Source of the DNA: Calcarisporiella thermophila CBS 279.70
Taxonomy: Eukaryota > Fungi > Calcarisporiellomycota
DNA length: 64,000 nt
Assembly (NCBI RefSeq): GCF_041956535.1
Contig: NW_027192203.1
Location: forward strand, 372,001 to 436,000
Reading direction: 5' to 3'
Of this stretch, positions 1-11,762 are shown one piece after another. Below the pieces are notes generated by a model. That model did no database searches. It was not told the DNA's origin and saw nothing but the letters and a program-made list of their open reading frames with translations. Positions within the stretch are counted from its first letter, which is position 1, and the number at the start of each line of letters is the position of its first letter. Position numbers and translations under genes: made by a program.

Positions 1-90
1 TTGGAGCGTGCCGCCAAGATGAACAAGGACCACGGGGCCGGCTCGCTCACCGCCCTCCCGATCATCGAGACCCAGGGTGGCGATGTGTCA

Positions 91-128
<38 letters not shown>

Positions 129-692
129 ACAGATTTTCCTGGAGGCTGAGCTGTTCTTCCGAGGTATCCGTCCGGCCATCAACGTCGGGTAAACTCAACT
201 CACCACGATTTGATTTGGTGGAGCGGCGGGGCGGCTAACTCCATGTCTCCCTTTCCTTCTAGGCTCTCGGTGTCTCGCGTCGGGTCTGCCGCCCAGAACC
301 GCAGCATGAAACAGGTTGCCGGCTCCCTCAAGCTCTTCCTTGCGCAGTACCGTGAGGTCGCTGCCTTCGCCCAATTTGGCTCCGATCTGGATGCGTCGAC
401 CCGCTTCCTCCTCAACCGTGGCGCCCGCCTGACCGAGCTGCTGAAGCAGCCGCAGTACAAGCCCATGCCGGTGGAGCAGCAGGTGGCCATCATTTTCGCC
501 GGTGTCAACGGGTACTTGGACCGCATTCCTGTCAACAAAGTTACCGAGTTCGAGGGCGCCTTCCTCCCCTACATGACCTCGAACCACGCCGACCTGCTGG
601 ACACGATCCGCACCGAGGGCAAGCTCTCGGAGGCGACCGAGGCCAAGCTGAAGAAGATCACGGGCGATTTCGTCACCAGCTTCAACTCCTAA
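1..692 (+). CDS. ATP1: Mitochondrial F1 ATP synthase alpha subunit, 3' part (5' end outside window); intron 189-262
   Basis: [48 protein letters not shown]|[11 protein letters not shown] and [18 protein letters not shown] are canonical F1-alpha motifs; the GT-AG intron restores the frame. Confidence 0.98.
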
Positions 693-1802
693 ACCCTGTT
701 TAGGCTTTTCTCTCGTGTCTTTGGGCGAGAGGGGAGGGCCGGCGCCTGATTGCACGAGAGAAGAAGGCTACGAAAAAAAAAAAAAGATTCAATAGATTGT
801 TCTGTTTTTCTGTTACCTTATCAATGACATTCGCGTTTTTTGTGTACCGCTGTTTGTGTTGTATTTGACGGGGAGGGTTATTAAATTAAAAACATCTCGT
901 TTTTCTGGAAGACTTTTAGGTTTCTCCTCATCGGCACGATGGGGCCCCAAACGAGACCGCCGGCCATGCTTGATTAGTCAGTTCGTTGGAGAGCTGCAGC
1001 CGGGCGTGGGTGGGGAAGTTTCTTTTGCCCCAAACTCAGAGAATTTAATAAACGATCGGGCCAGATCTGCCCTTCTCGGAGCCTGAATTTTAGGCTCGCC
1101 ACAGGAAGGCCAGAAACCGCGGCAATGGCAGGCGGGGATGGCTCAGGGGGCGAGAAACGGGTGGGAAAACCGGCACAGAATAAGGCAAGCATGGCTCGGG
1201 CAGCGCGGCAGCCAGCGCATGGCACGGGCAGCGCGCGAGACCCGACGAGCGGGCGCGAGACTGGGTCTGAGCTCGCACGCGCATGTGTCAGACTGGGGTT
1301 GGGGGAAAGGTTGGAGCGCACGCGGCTCTGCAATGCGAGACGTCGAGAATCGGGCCTCAGCGCGCGAGCCCCAATGCCCTCGGCTGGCAGCTGAGTCCCA
1401 CGTCCCATTGTTGCGATTCTACAATGCAGCGCGGTTTAGCCTGTTTCCCAGCGCTCAGCTGCAACCGGCCCATTTGTAATTAACTCTCCGGCAAGCTCTT
1501 GTGCTGCGCGGATAAACTCCGGTAAAAGAGTTGAGCCGACCGCGCGTTTGACCTAACACTAGCAGGCTCTGGTGAGTGGTCGGCCCGGGCTGCTTTAATA
1601 GAACGCAAACCTTGTTTTATTTGTTTTGCTGATCCTCTGCGAATCAGTCGGGTGAAAGCCGCTTGGACACCCCGCGAGACACTTTAGGGTTAGGCCTTAG
1701 TCCATGGTTGGGAGGGAGGCGCCGTCATATTTAAGCGTTTCTTCCCGCGTTCGCCTGGCCGCCGCTTTCCATCGCGATCGGCCTCATCCGCACCCATTAC
1801 CC

Positions 1803-2608
1803 ATGTCGCAAGATTTCTTCTCGGCATCCCCATCCTCCTCCGAGCTCGAGACCCCCCCGCTGGATGCCATCTACCCCTTCCAGGCGGGCGCCGCCCAGCT
1901 CGACTACTTCTCCGCCCCACGCCTGGTCGACCCCCGGCTCCTCATGCCGATGTGGGCGACCGATTGGGCAAGAATCGGCTACAGCCCCGCCTTGATGTGG
2001 AATGCAAGAGACCTGCCGCCAGAGCTGTCTCTGCTCCCCATCGGCGATCCCGCGGACTCCTCCGCATTCACGTCTCCAATCCCCACACAGCCGCTCCATC
2101 GCCAGATGCCCATGCTCGCGCCGCTGCTAACGCAGCAGCATTCGCCCGCCGCCCAGATCCTCAAGAAACCCGCGCCTCGCGCACGCGCTTTGCAGCAGGA
2201 TAGGCCGTACCGCTGTGACAAGGTAAGCGCCGTCTCTTCCGCGCTCAGTTGAAGGCGCGTCAGCGTGACTGACCCTCCTCCCCTCCGCTCTCTCGCCTTG
2301 CTAGTGCCCGCAGTCCTTCACACGGAACCACGATCTGAAGGTTTGGATCGCCCTTCTTACTGGGAGCTTGCGCCGCATTGAACGCTAATCAGGCTGCTCT
2401 TTTTCTCCCTCTTTTTAGCGGCATAAACGCATCCACCTGGACGTGAAGCCTTACCCATGTGAGTTTTGCGGAAAGCCGGTAAGTTCCCTCTTAACTTATA
2501 CGCCGCTTTCCTTCTTCCTGCATGAGTAACCTGACCTCTGCATAGTTTTCGAGACGCGACGCATTGAAGCGGCACCATCTGGTCAAGAAATGCGGCAATA
2601 AGCTCTAA
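1803..2608 (+). CDS. C2H2 zinc-finger transcription factor with two C-terminal fingers; exons 1803-2222, 2305-2340, 2419-2478, 2546-2608
   Basis: Spliced product ends DRPYRCDK|CPQSFTRNHDLK|RHKRIHLDVKPYPCEFCGKP|FSRRDALKRHHLVKKCGNKL*. Confidence 0.9.
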
Positions 2609-2955
2609 GGCGGGCGGTGCTCTTCTTCTCCTTCTTTTTCTTCTTATTTTAATTGCACTTGTACATATTGAATTGTATTTTTCCATCCTCTCTGACGAGC
2701 TATTTTATCTTATTTTATTTCACCTTGTTCATTCACATGGGAAGTTTATCTTTTTTTTTTAAGCCATGCAGCGCAACTTACTTATTCTCTCTGTATATTA
2801 AGTCCCCTCTACTATTTCATTAAAATTCTGGTCGATACACGGCGCAGCATTAAAAGACCTTTCTATTTTAGTACTCTAACCCAATACCCTATTCAATAAA
2901 CCCACCATAAAATTGTCTATTGTACTTCTCCCCCCCCCCCCTCCAATACCTAGAG

Positions 2956-3876
2956 ATGGTAGGCCCAGATTTTGAATTGGGGATTGTCGGGAGCAAGCGC
3001 ACTAACCGCTCGTTCTCTTTAGAGTTTGGCTATCGACACAAAAGAATACCTATTCAAGGTGCTGGTGCTTGGCGATCTTGGCACCGGCAAAACATCGGTG
3101 ATAAAGAGATATGTCCACGACATATTCTCGATGCACTACAAATCCACGGTATGCGATCCATCTGTTTTGCGCATGGGCGATTTGTAACCTGTTGAAGTAA
3201 TCTTGTTATCGGTGTAGATCGGGGTGGATTTTGCCTTGAAAACGCTCCAATGGGATCAGGACACCATGGTGAGACTACAACTATGGGACATTGCCGGTAA
3301 GTGCCCTTTATTGTTCTCTTCCGCCTGGCCAATGGGGAAACTCACGCTAGCTGTGTCGCAGGGCAAGAGCGATTTGGCAACATGACCAGGGTGTATTACA
3401 AAGAGGCCCTGGGAGCCCTCATAGTCTATGATGTGACTCGGCATGGCACATTCGAGGGGGTGGCACGGTGGAAAAACGACCTTGACCAGAAGGTGTCGCT
3501 CCCGGAGCTATGGGGAGGGGGGCCAATCCCCGCCGTATTGCTCGCAAACAAGGTAAGGCTCCATTCAGGCATTCTGCATCGATGGCTGTCTCATTCATCT
3601 TGCATCTCCTCTCCTCCTCGGCGCCCGATCCAGTCCGATCTTCTCAAAAACGATATGCATACCGACGAAGCGCTGGAGAAATTCTGCTCGGAGCACCATT
3701 TCTTGAAATGCTTCCCAACCTCGGCTAAGGAGAACAAAAATATCAAGGAGGCAGTGCATTGTTTAGTGGAGGCGATCCTTCAGATTGCAAGCCGATACGA
3801 AGGGGTCGTGTACCCTCATGAGCATGATAACATCAGGCTGGGGCAGGAGAAGGAGCAAGGCGGAGCATGCTGTTGA
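2956..3876 (+). CDS. RAB32: Rab GTPase of the Rab32/Rab38 subfamily; 5 exons, first coding exon is only the ATG
   Basis: [26 protein letters not shown]|[13 protein letters not shown]|[17 protein letters not shown]|SD, TSAK and a C-terminal CC prenylation motif. Confidence 0.9.
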
Positions 3877-4213
3877 TCCGCCACCCCACCCTCTCATGTC
3901 AAGAATATACACTCACCCACAAGCACAACAACTACATACACCTCTATATATCTTTTTCTACTCTTTTTTTTTCGCCTGTCTTTTCTTATCTTTGTCGTGT
4001 TGTTTTCCATCTTTTTCACTTGAACATTAAACATACTTAATGTATCCTATGTTCTTTACTACGCGTAGATTTTATTCTCTCTCCCGCTCACCCGCTCACC
4101 TCCTCACCCTGCTCTCTTCCTCATTCTCTTTTCTTCCTCGCGTTCTAAACTGTCGCTAATAATAAGCGCTTTATTTCCCCTTTATTAATAGCTTCGGCTC
4201 AGACCACCCCGTG

Positions 4214-4744
4214 TTACACTTCTACTTGTTCTAGCACATCTTTTGCCTCTACAAGCTCTTGTGTCCCCTCATAGGCCGGGTTGGTCTTGATGAAAATATA
4301 GGTTAGAGCCCGTCAAAAAAAGGATATGTCACCATGACATGCCAAGAGGAAGGTTCAACATGCTTACCGTCATTTCCGTCAATTCTCGGTAGGCGATCTG
4401 CAGTTTGTTGCGGACATCGGGAATGATGGCTAATGTCTCTGCAAGCACCTCTTTCTGTTCTCTCAACGAAAATCATTACTGATTCAAGCGGCGTCTGAGT
4501 GATAAAAGAGAGACTCTACCTGCTTTTTTATGTCGTACTCGTCTGCTTTGTCCGTGATCATCTGGTCGATTTTAAGGCGTTGGTCATCCGCTTCTTTGTG
4601 GTAGAGGGCAAGTTCCTTGTTGAAGCTATTTTATTATGCAGCAATATGAGTGATTGAACACGGGACACTCTTGGGAAAGAGAACTGAATGCCAAACTCAC
4701 CGCTTGACAACATTGGTTTTGATTTTTAGCTCTCGAACCGTCAT
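4214..4744 (-). CDS. TBCA: Tubulin-specific chaperone A (Rbl2/TBCA); 4 exons, absent from the ORF track
   Basis: Spliced MTVRELKIKTNVVKR|FNKELALYHKEADDQ...ADEYDIKKQ|...EVLAETLAIIPD...|TNPAYEGTQELVEAKDVLEQVEV*. Confidence 0.9.
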
Positions 4745-4863
4745 GATGGATGGGGGAGGGGGGGAGGGAATCGTTTATTTCGAGAAATTAATATAATATG
4801 AATAGGATGGAAAAAAACGCGTCACGACAAACAACCCACAAATAAATAGGAATGAAAGTTGCC

Positions 4864-6618
4864 TCACATATCCTCGACCGACCACTTATAGGCCTCTGCC
4901 TCCTTCCACTTATTCTCGGCCATCCGTGCAAAATACTCTCGCTCAAAGCCATTGGATCGGTCGACGCCATCCCAGCGATGCCCGGGCGCAATATCAAAGC
5001 GGTTTGGCGGCCCGATTGGGCCCTTGTAGGCTGGTTTCGCGGGAACATCCTCGTCGTCCCTATCGCCATCTTTCTTACTCTTCTTCTTTTTCTTCTTATT
5101 CTTCTTCTTCATCAGATAAGGTAGCATAGGATCCGCCCACCGCTCCTCCTCCTTCAGCTTCTCGTTCAACACCTTATCCTCCTTGTAGATGGCCAGGGGT
5201 ACATCCTTGAACTCCATCATTCGCGCTCTCCGCTCCTCTGCCTCTCGCTTCTGAACCTCACCCTTGTTCGCTTCGAGTTGCGCTAGCTTTTTCTCCTCCT
5301 CCGCTCGTTGCTTCGCAAGCCTCTCCGCCTCGAGGGTTTCCACATTGACTCGTCTACCGCTCGCATCTCGATATACGGTTTGGGCATCGCGACCGGAGAG
5401 ACTCGGATCCATCCGACGAAGCTCGGCATCCCGTTCACGGAGTATGCGTTGAGTATCCTCTGCGGCCTCCTCGAGCGTCTGTAGTCCGATCCGCGCACCA
5501 GAGCTCATACGAGGTTCGGAGGGAGGTGGTTGTTCTTGCCTCGAGGCCGGCGATGGAGAACGTGATATAGGGGCTAGGAGGGGGGAACGCCGGCGGTCTC
5601 GACTCGAAGATGGAGAGGGATCACGTGGACGGCGTCTGGGTGAGGGGGAGCGATGCCGCTGATTGCTTCGATGGGACCTCGAGTCTCGGGGCGATGACGA
5701 AGCATCTCTCCGTCTATGCGGTGATCGTGAACGTCGGTGCCGGTGTGGGGATGGGGATCGTGAGTATCTACGCCGGCGGAGAGATGAGGACCGGGATCGT
5801 TTACGATGCCGCGGAGACGGAGATCGCGAGTGTCTACGCCGACGTGGAGATGGGGACCGTGATCGTCTACGACGCTGCGGAGACGGAGATCTTGATTGTC
5901 TATAGCGGGGTGGAGACGGAGATCGGGATCTTCTGCGACGGTACGGAGATGGGGACCGCGATCCTTTGCGACGCGGAGGAGATGGAGACCTCGAATTTCT
6001 ATGGCGGCGCGGAGAAGGAGATCGCGAATGTCTGTGCCGTTGCGGAGGCGGAGATCGTGGTGGGGAACGCTTCCGTTTTTTGTCGCTAGTTTCATGACCG
6101 ACAGACCGTTGTGGGGAAGGAACTAGTGAAGTGAGGAAAGATTAAATCTGAGAAACAAGGAAAAGAATCTATAGCAAGAAGAGCAAAATACTTACTGTCA
6201 CCGACGATCACAGGCCTTTCATCTTCAGGGATTTCCTCTTCTACCTTTGGAGGTGGTCGCAATGGGGCTGAATCGGCTTTACCATGGTTAAGTGTCGTCC
6301 AGCCGCTCTCTCCCTGGCTTTTGAATTTCGCTACTTTGCTCACAACAGGTTCTCCTGCAGGCGAGAAAGCGTTAGAGCAAGGTGGACTGAAATAAAAAAG
6401 TAATAACTTTTACCTCCCAACACTTCGTAATCCTGCATTTGCCCCGATTGCTCCTTCCCCTCAAAACTCCACCCGCCCTCATCCTCATCGATGATCGAGA
6501 AGGTCGATTTTGAGGGTTTTCCTTTTTCTTTCTTCTTCTTCTTCTTTTCTACCCCATATAACTGTGCCAATTCTGAAGCAGGTGTCAGGTACTTTTTCAG
6601 ATATTCTTTTGAAGTCAT
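4864..6618 (-). CDS. BUD13: RES-complex splicing factor Bud13/Cwc26
   Basis: N-terminal [11 protein letters not shown]; C-terminal [37 protein letters not shown] and AYKWSVEDM*. Confidence 0.95.
5719..6057 (-). repeat. 33-bp coding tandem repeat in BUD13: 10 full copies plus a partial, encoding RSPSPxRRRxS
   Basis: Minus-strand translation [44 protein letters not shown] ... [14 protein letters not shown] with an exact 33-nt period. Confidence 0.9.
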
Positions 6619-7388
6619 GGCAACCTCGCTGATTTCGCTCTATCCAAGATATTCCTCTCTCCTCTCCACTTGGTATAGTCACGGTAACCATACACACGTC
6701 ACGAATGCGCCACCTCTCCTCGAGGAATAATTAAATTGCCTCTAAGGCGGGTCTTCACTTCTCAAGTAACCGACGCTAAGGCCATTTGACCAAGTTCAAA
6801 GACAAGGCCGGTCTATGACACTCCTCTTGCACAGTAGGGAATTCTAAGCAAGAACGCATTTTTCTTCCGCAGATATGTCATGCCTAGCCCCGTAGACTTC
6901 GTACTATTAGGTGAATTCGCTTCTTGACGGCCACTGGCCCATCTACCACTAAATAGAGCCGATATTGGATGAATTAAAGGCCACATTGATAAGTACGGTG
7001 GCATCGGACCCATTTATTCAAGGCCTTGTTCTCTATGGCTTTTCTATTATATATACATTAAATATATTTGAAATGATACTTTACTTTACTTTACTTATTT
7101 TCTGCGTAAGCAGACAATCGCTCAGAGAGAGTTTGCATTTTACTAACATCCCAAATCTGATCTTCTTGATATGGTTTATTTTCTTAAGGTTGCGCTAACT
7201 TGTCCCGACGGTCAACATCGGAATTAAGGTTGTCTTGGGCCTACTTCTCCTTCATGGGAAATAGGAAAAAAAATCTTAGGTTAATGATGTCGCAAAAAAT
7301 TCCTGGTGGCAAGACAGCGGGGCGCAGCCATAGATTCTTCTACTGGCTGTTCTCGAGAGTTTTCTGCCCCCATCAACTTGAGAAAAAA

Positions 7389-9536
7389 ATGACCAACTAC
7401 CTTAACCTCGGCGATAAATCTGACGTCAAGGAAGTTATATCTTGCCTCCAACCGTTTCTTCAAGATGCATCCGGTAAATAGCGATGTTTTCTCCTCCAAT
7501 GGAATCGAGCCATCGAGCTAGCCATATCCAATTGTGTAGCCTTAATAAAACTCGGATCTGGAGAAAAAATCCAGTTGGTAAAACAACTGAAAGATGATCT
7601 CGAAAATGATGTGCTACAAGAATCATGGAATGACAATGGTAACATTCCTGGACATTGAATTAGAACCTGAAGACGATGCATTTACATTTTATATAGCTAG
7701 AACACTCGCACTTGAGACGATCAAAATATGCACAAGAGACGCAGAGATATGTGCAGCCTTTATGGAAAGCAAGGTGGACTGTAAAAAAAAAAACATACAT
7801 AGAAGAAGTGATGAGCTAATATCTCCTATTTTTTAAGGGGATGGAGTTACTTTTAAAACTCTCTGGCCTTGAGCCACCGATTACAGAATTGGATGACTGT
7901 GTGTCCCAAGAGGCGCTCAAGTGTATTGCGAATACGTTGCTGTTGAAACCGGACACGCGTAAAGTCTTTGAGAACAATGCTCTTGTCACTGCATGCATCG
8001 CTAGATTAAAGGTTTATATATGTTTCAATGTCAAACTGGAATCCCCTCCCCCATGCTATGCTAAATGGGATGACTTTTATGTATCCTAAAGCTGCCCAAC
8101 TTATCGATCGAATCGAAGTTTTTGATGGCGAGAATATTGTTTGTATTGACGGCGGACCGCTTGCTGGTGGTGGAGGAGCTGCTGAAAGACGGCACTTTTA
8201 CAGAGCATTTCACAAAGGTAGCCCTTTTGTTCTTCAAGCCACCGTTTCTTGATCCATGGCTCCTAACCAAAGTTTTGTTGTCAGCTCCTTCGTGAGAACG
8301 TGGATGCTGCCATGGCCCCCAGCCACCAAGCCATTACTCCCGTCATGGTGATTAGCGAGCTGCTTAAGCTTCTGTTTAATTTGATGATGAATGCTCCCAG
8401 GTGCAATAATATTGCCGTAGACACGAAGCAGTATGAGAGGTATGATGCTTTTGTCTGTACCATAATGGGGAGGGTGGATGGATTTTTTCTGACCGTGACG
8501 CTATTCGATCCAATAGCGCCGTGGAGTCGATACGCGATGTACTCCTCAAGATACCCCCCGCTGAGCCCATACCGATGGCACCTCCCCACTCCCACGCGGT
8601 GCACGCATTGCTCAATTTCCCTGTCTTGCCGCCTTCGCTCTTCACGAGCCCTTCTGATGCCCCCAAGTCCCTCCGCGAGAAGGACGCAGCGGGGTCCTAT
8701 GCGATCGTGGATTTCCTCATCCAAGCTCTCAAAGCAACAGTGGAGCACACCCTTGTCGACGACGATGACGACGGCTGTAGGGGCGTTGCGGATGCGGACG
8801 AGCTCATTTCCCCGTTGGCGCTCTTGATGGCCAAGATTGCCACTGAGGATAAGGCTGCTCGCAGCAAAATGCGGGAGAAGCTTCTGCCAGATGACACGTA
8901 GGTACCGCTGGGGCTAGCTACCGTTTCCCCCGTGAATAACAAGCATGCTATGCCTTCGTCGTAGGGACCGCACCAAGCCGCTGGGCAAGGGCAAGTCCTT
9001 CACCCACAGGCTCATCCAGCTGCTGACCTGCATCACCCTGAACAACTCGCGCGAGGCCATGGGAGAGCTCCTGTTCACGCTTTGCGATGAAGATGGCAAT
9101 TATTCCCTAGTTCGGAATCATCCGCGTCCATGCACTAACCTGCCGATTGCCTTATGTAGCTAATGTGTTTGCGCATCGCGTTGGATATGGAAACGCGGCA
9201 GGCTTTCTCATGTCGCGCAACATCCTCATTCCGCAGCCGGGCAGCGACCGCGCCCACGACGAGCCCTCCGAGGGCCGGACCATCAACCCCATCACCGGCC
9301 AGTTCGACGACTGCGCCCCGCCCGTCAATCTGAGCGAGATGACGGACGAGGAGAAGGAGCGCGAGGCGGAGCGGCTGTTTGTGCTGTTTGAGCGGCTGCG
9401 CAAGACGGGCGTGATGGAGGTGCAGAACCCCATCACCGAGGCCTACCAGTCCGGGCGGATGCAGGAGATGCTGGACTCGGAGGAGCGCGCGAGACGCGGC
9501 CACGGCAAGGCGGCCGACCGCGACAAGACAGATTAG
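7389..9536 (+). CDS. RIC8: Ric8/synembryn G-alpha chaperone and GEF; 9 exons, last intron GC-AG
   Basis: EALKCIANTLLL, ELLKLLFNL, LCDED|ANVFAHRVGYGNAAGFL, INPITG, MTDEEKEREAERLFVLFERLRKTGV. Confidence 0.93.
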
Positions 9537-9779
9537 ATCGATGGGGATGTTTTAGGAAACTCTTATGCGAACCTTTGAGCCACATTCATGTATCTCGTTG
9601 GCCAATTAAAACATTGCAAAGCGAATAGGGGATTTCACACCCCGCTCGCAACCTTAATGAAGCAAATCTGCTCTTAGTGTGAGGGATTTTTTTTTTTTCA
9701 GACTCCATATTTTTATTTTGATTTTTCTCTTTGCTTGGCCTCTTCATCCTCCCAGCAAAAACAAAGGGCGCGGCCAAGC

Positions 9780-11367
9780 ATGCAGATGAATTTCCTCGCT
9801 CCCAGCCTGACAAAGGAGAAGCAGCCTCCCCCCTCCCTCGCGGAAGATCTCGTCTCGCGGCGCCCGTCTGCAAGCACGGTGGGCACCGTCGACTCGAGCG
9901 ACGCGAGCGATGTCCTTTGGACTCCGCCCGCTGAGGATCATGCCAAGGCCGCCGTGCTGCCCTCGCCAACCACGGGTTATGAGGGTAAACAAGAGGTGTG
10001 GCATTGGATCCGATCCATGTTTCCTCAATCCCCCTCCGCAATGCCGTCGCAGCCCGCCAGCGCTGTGAAGGCAAGGGAGCCGACGCTGGAGGCCAAGTGG
10101 GGGCGTCTCAATGTACGTGTAGGGAGTGGGGCGAGCGCCCAAGTGTGGGTGCTAAAGAGATGCGCGAGCAGCCAGGAATGCGTTGCAGTGAAGGTTAGAA
10201 TTATGATTGATTGAGCATTTCCCCTCCCCTCTGTTCTGTTCTTATGAGCGGCCTTGTTTTTTTTCGGCGGGCGGGTGGGGACAATGCAGAGGTTTAGGAA
10301 GCAGGCGGCCCGGGAATCCGCAAGGGCATATGGCAAGAAGCTCTTCTCCGAATTCTGCATCAACCACAGCCTCCGCCACGAGAATATCGTCGACACCTAC
10401 GACCTCATCCGAGACGAGGTAGGTCCCATACACAGCAGCTGCATCTTCCGCCGGCGCGGTGGGTCTAACCGGCTTGTCCTTTGTGTTTTCCAAGAAACAA
10501 CGCCTCTGCATGGTCATGGAGTACATGCCGGGCGGCGATCTCTCCAGCCGCGTCCGCCACGGCGATCTGGGGAAAGGCGAGGCCATGTGCTACTTCAAGC
10601 AGCTGCTCCAAGGAGTCGCCTACCTCCACTCCACGGGGGTCGCGGTAAGTTTGGGCTTTCCCGTTTTAGCAGGGCCGCTAAACTCAAAGAGGGAGGCGTT
10701 GCCTGGATTTTGGCTTGTAGCACCGAGACATTAAGCTCGAGAATCTGATGCTGTCGGCCGACGGTCGCCGACTGAAGATCACCGATTTCGGGGTTGCAGA
10801 CGTCTTCCTTTGCAGCGGGGATCGCGAGCCCCTCCGCTCAGCAGGCATGTGCGGGAGCGGTAACCAATCCATTCTCTAGTGTGTGGTAGGCTTGGAGGAG
10901 AGACTGACGCCCCTTTGCTTCTCAATACGCGTGTGACCCCGATAGCGCCGTACATCGCCCCCGAGCAGTATACGAGAGAGCTGTACCACGCTCCCAAAGC
11001 CGACGTGTGGTCGTGCGGCATCGTGCTCTATATCCTGCTCCGCTATACGTTGCTTTGGCGTCAAGCAAACGAGGACGACACTGACTACCGGGTCTTCAGG
11101 CATGCGCGGCAAGTCATTGCCACCTCCCCGACCAATATTGGCAGGGAGGGCGGGCGTTGGTTTGCTAGACAGTTCGGCGGCTACGCCCCCATCGACCGCG
11201 TCGAGGAGGCGGGGGCACGGCAGCTTATTTATTCAATTCTGGAGCCGGACCCCACCCAGCGGCCGAGTGCTGACCAGCTGTTGCAGCATGAGCTGCTGAG
11301 GCAAATAGCGTGGTGCGGAGATCTCAAGCATGGCGACAGGAGTCACGTGCACCCTACAAGGAAATGA
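9780..11367 (+). CDS. Ser/Thr protein kinase of the fungal HAL/Npr-like family; 5 exons
   Basis: VGSGASAQV, VAVK|RFRK, SEFCINHSLRHENIV, HRDIKLENL, DFG, CGS|APYIAPE, DVWSCG; start codon uncertain. Confidence 0.88.
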
Positions 11368-11460
11368 CGGCAGGCGCTCCGTTGGACGCACGGGAGTTCC
11401 ACGGAATACGATACCTTATGCCGGAGCCAGTGGCATTGGCGGGTGGACTTGTGTGGGTGC

Positions 11461-11485
11461 GTGTGTGTGTGTGTGTATATATATA
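11461..11485 (+). repeat. (GT)8(AT)4 microsatellite in the kinase 3' region
   Basis: gtgtgtgtgtgtgtgtatatatata read directly. Confidence 0.9.
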
Positions 11486-11762
11486 CCTAACGTGATGTTC
11501 ACTTTATACTTTCTATATTCTCTTCGTTTGTATTTATTCATTGCTCTAATAATCATACTGGCACTCATGGCACTCTTGGGCTGGGTTCTACCCATCCACT
11601 AGACTAAAACAAAAGCAAACGCAAAAACAACGATGGCGGCAGACAGAGTTATAAGCGCATAAACGAAAAAAAAAAAGTTTATTAGTTAAAGATAAAAAAA
11701 TGCTTCAATATCCATGTTTTTTTCCACAACGAATATATATATATAGATAGATAGCAAACTCA

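Noticed and set aside
195-755. 186-aa minus-strand ORF and similar antisense ORFs over other genes
   Set aside because: Shadow ORFs produced by the GC3 bias of the real genes on the opposite strand (here ATP1)
856-1483. Several overlapping 64-144 aa ORFs in the GC-rich spacer after ATP1
   Set aside because: No motifs, non-ATG or weak starts, and expected by chance in GC-rich DNA
4315-4330. ATATCCTT on the minus strand resembling a U12 donor in TBCA
   Set aside because: It lies inside an ordinary GTAAGC...AAG intron that already gives the correct frame
5574-6095. Repetitive alternative-frame ORFs (5610-6089 + and 5574-6095 -) that look like a solenoid protein
   Set aside because: By-products of the 33-bp BUD13 repeat; splice phase places the true frame in the RS reading
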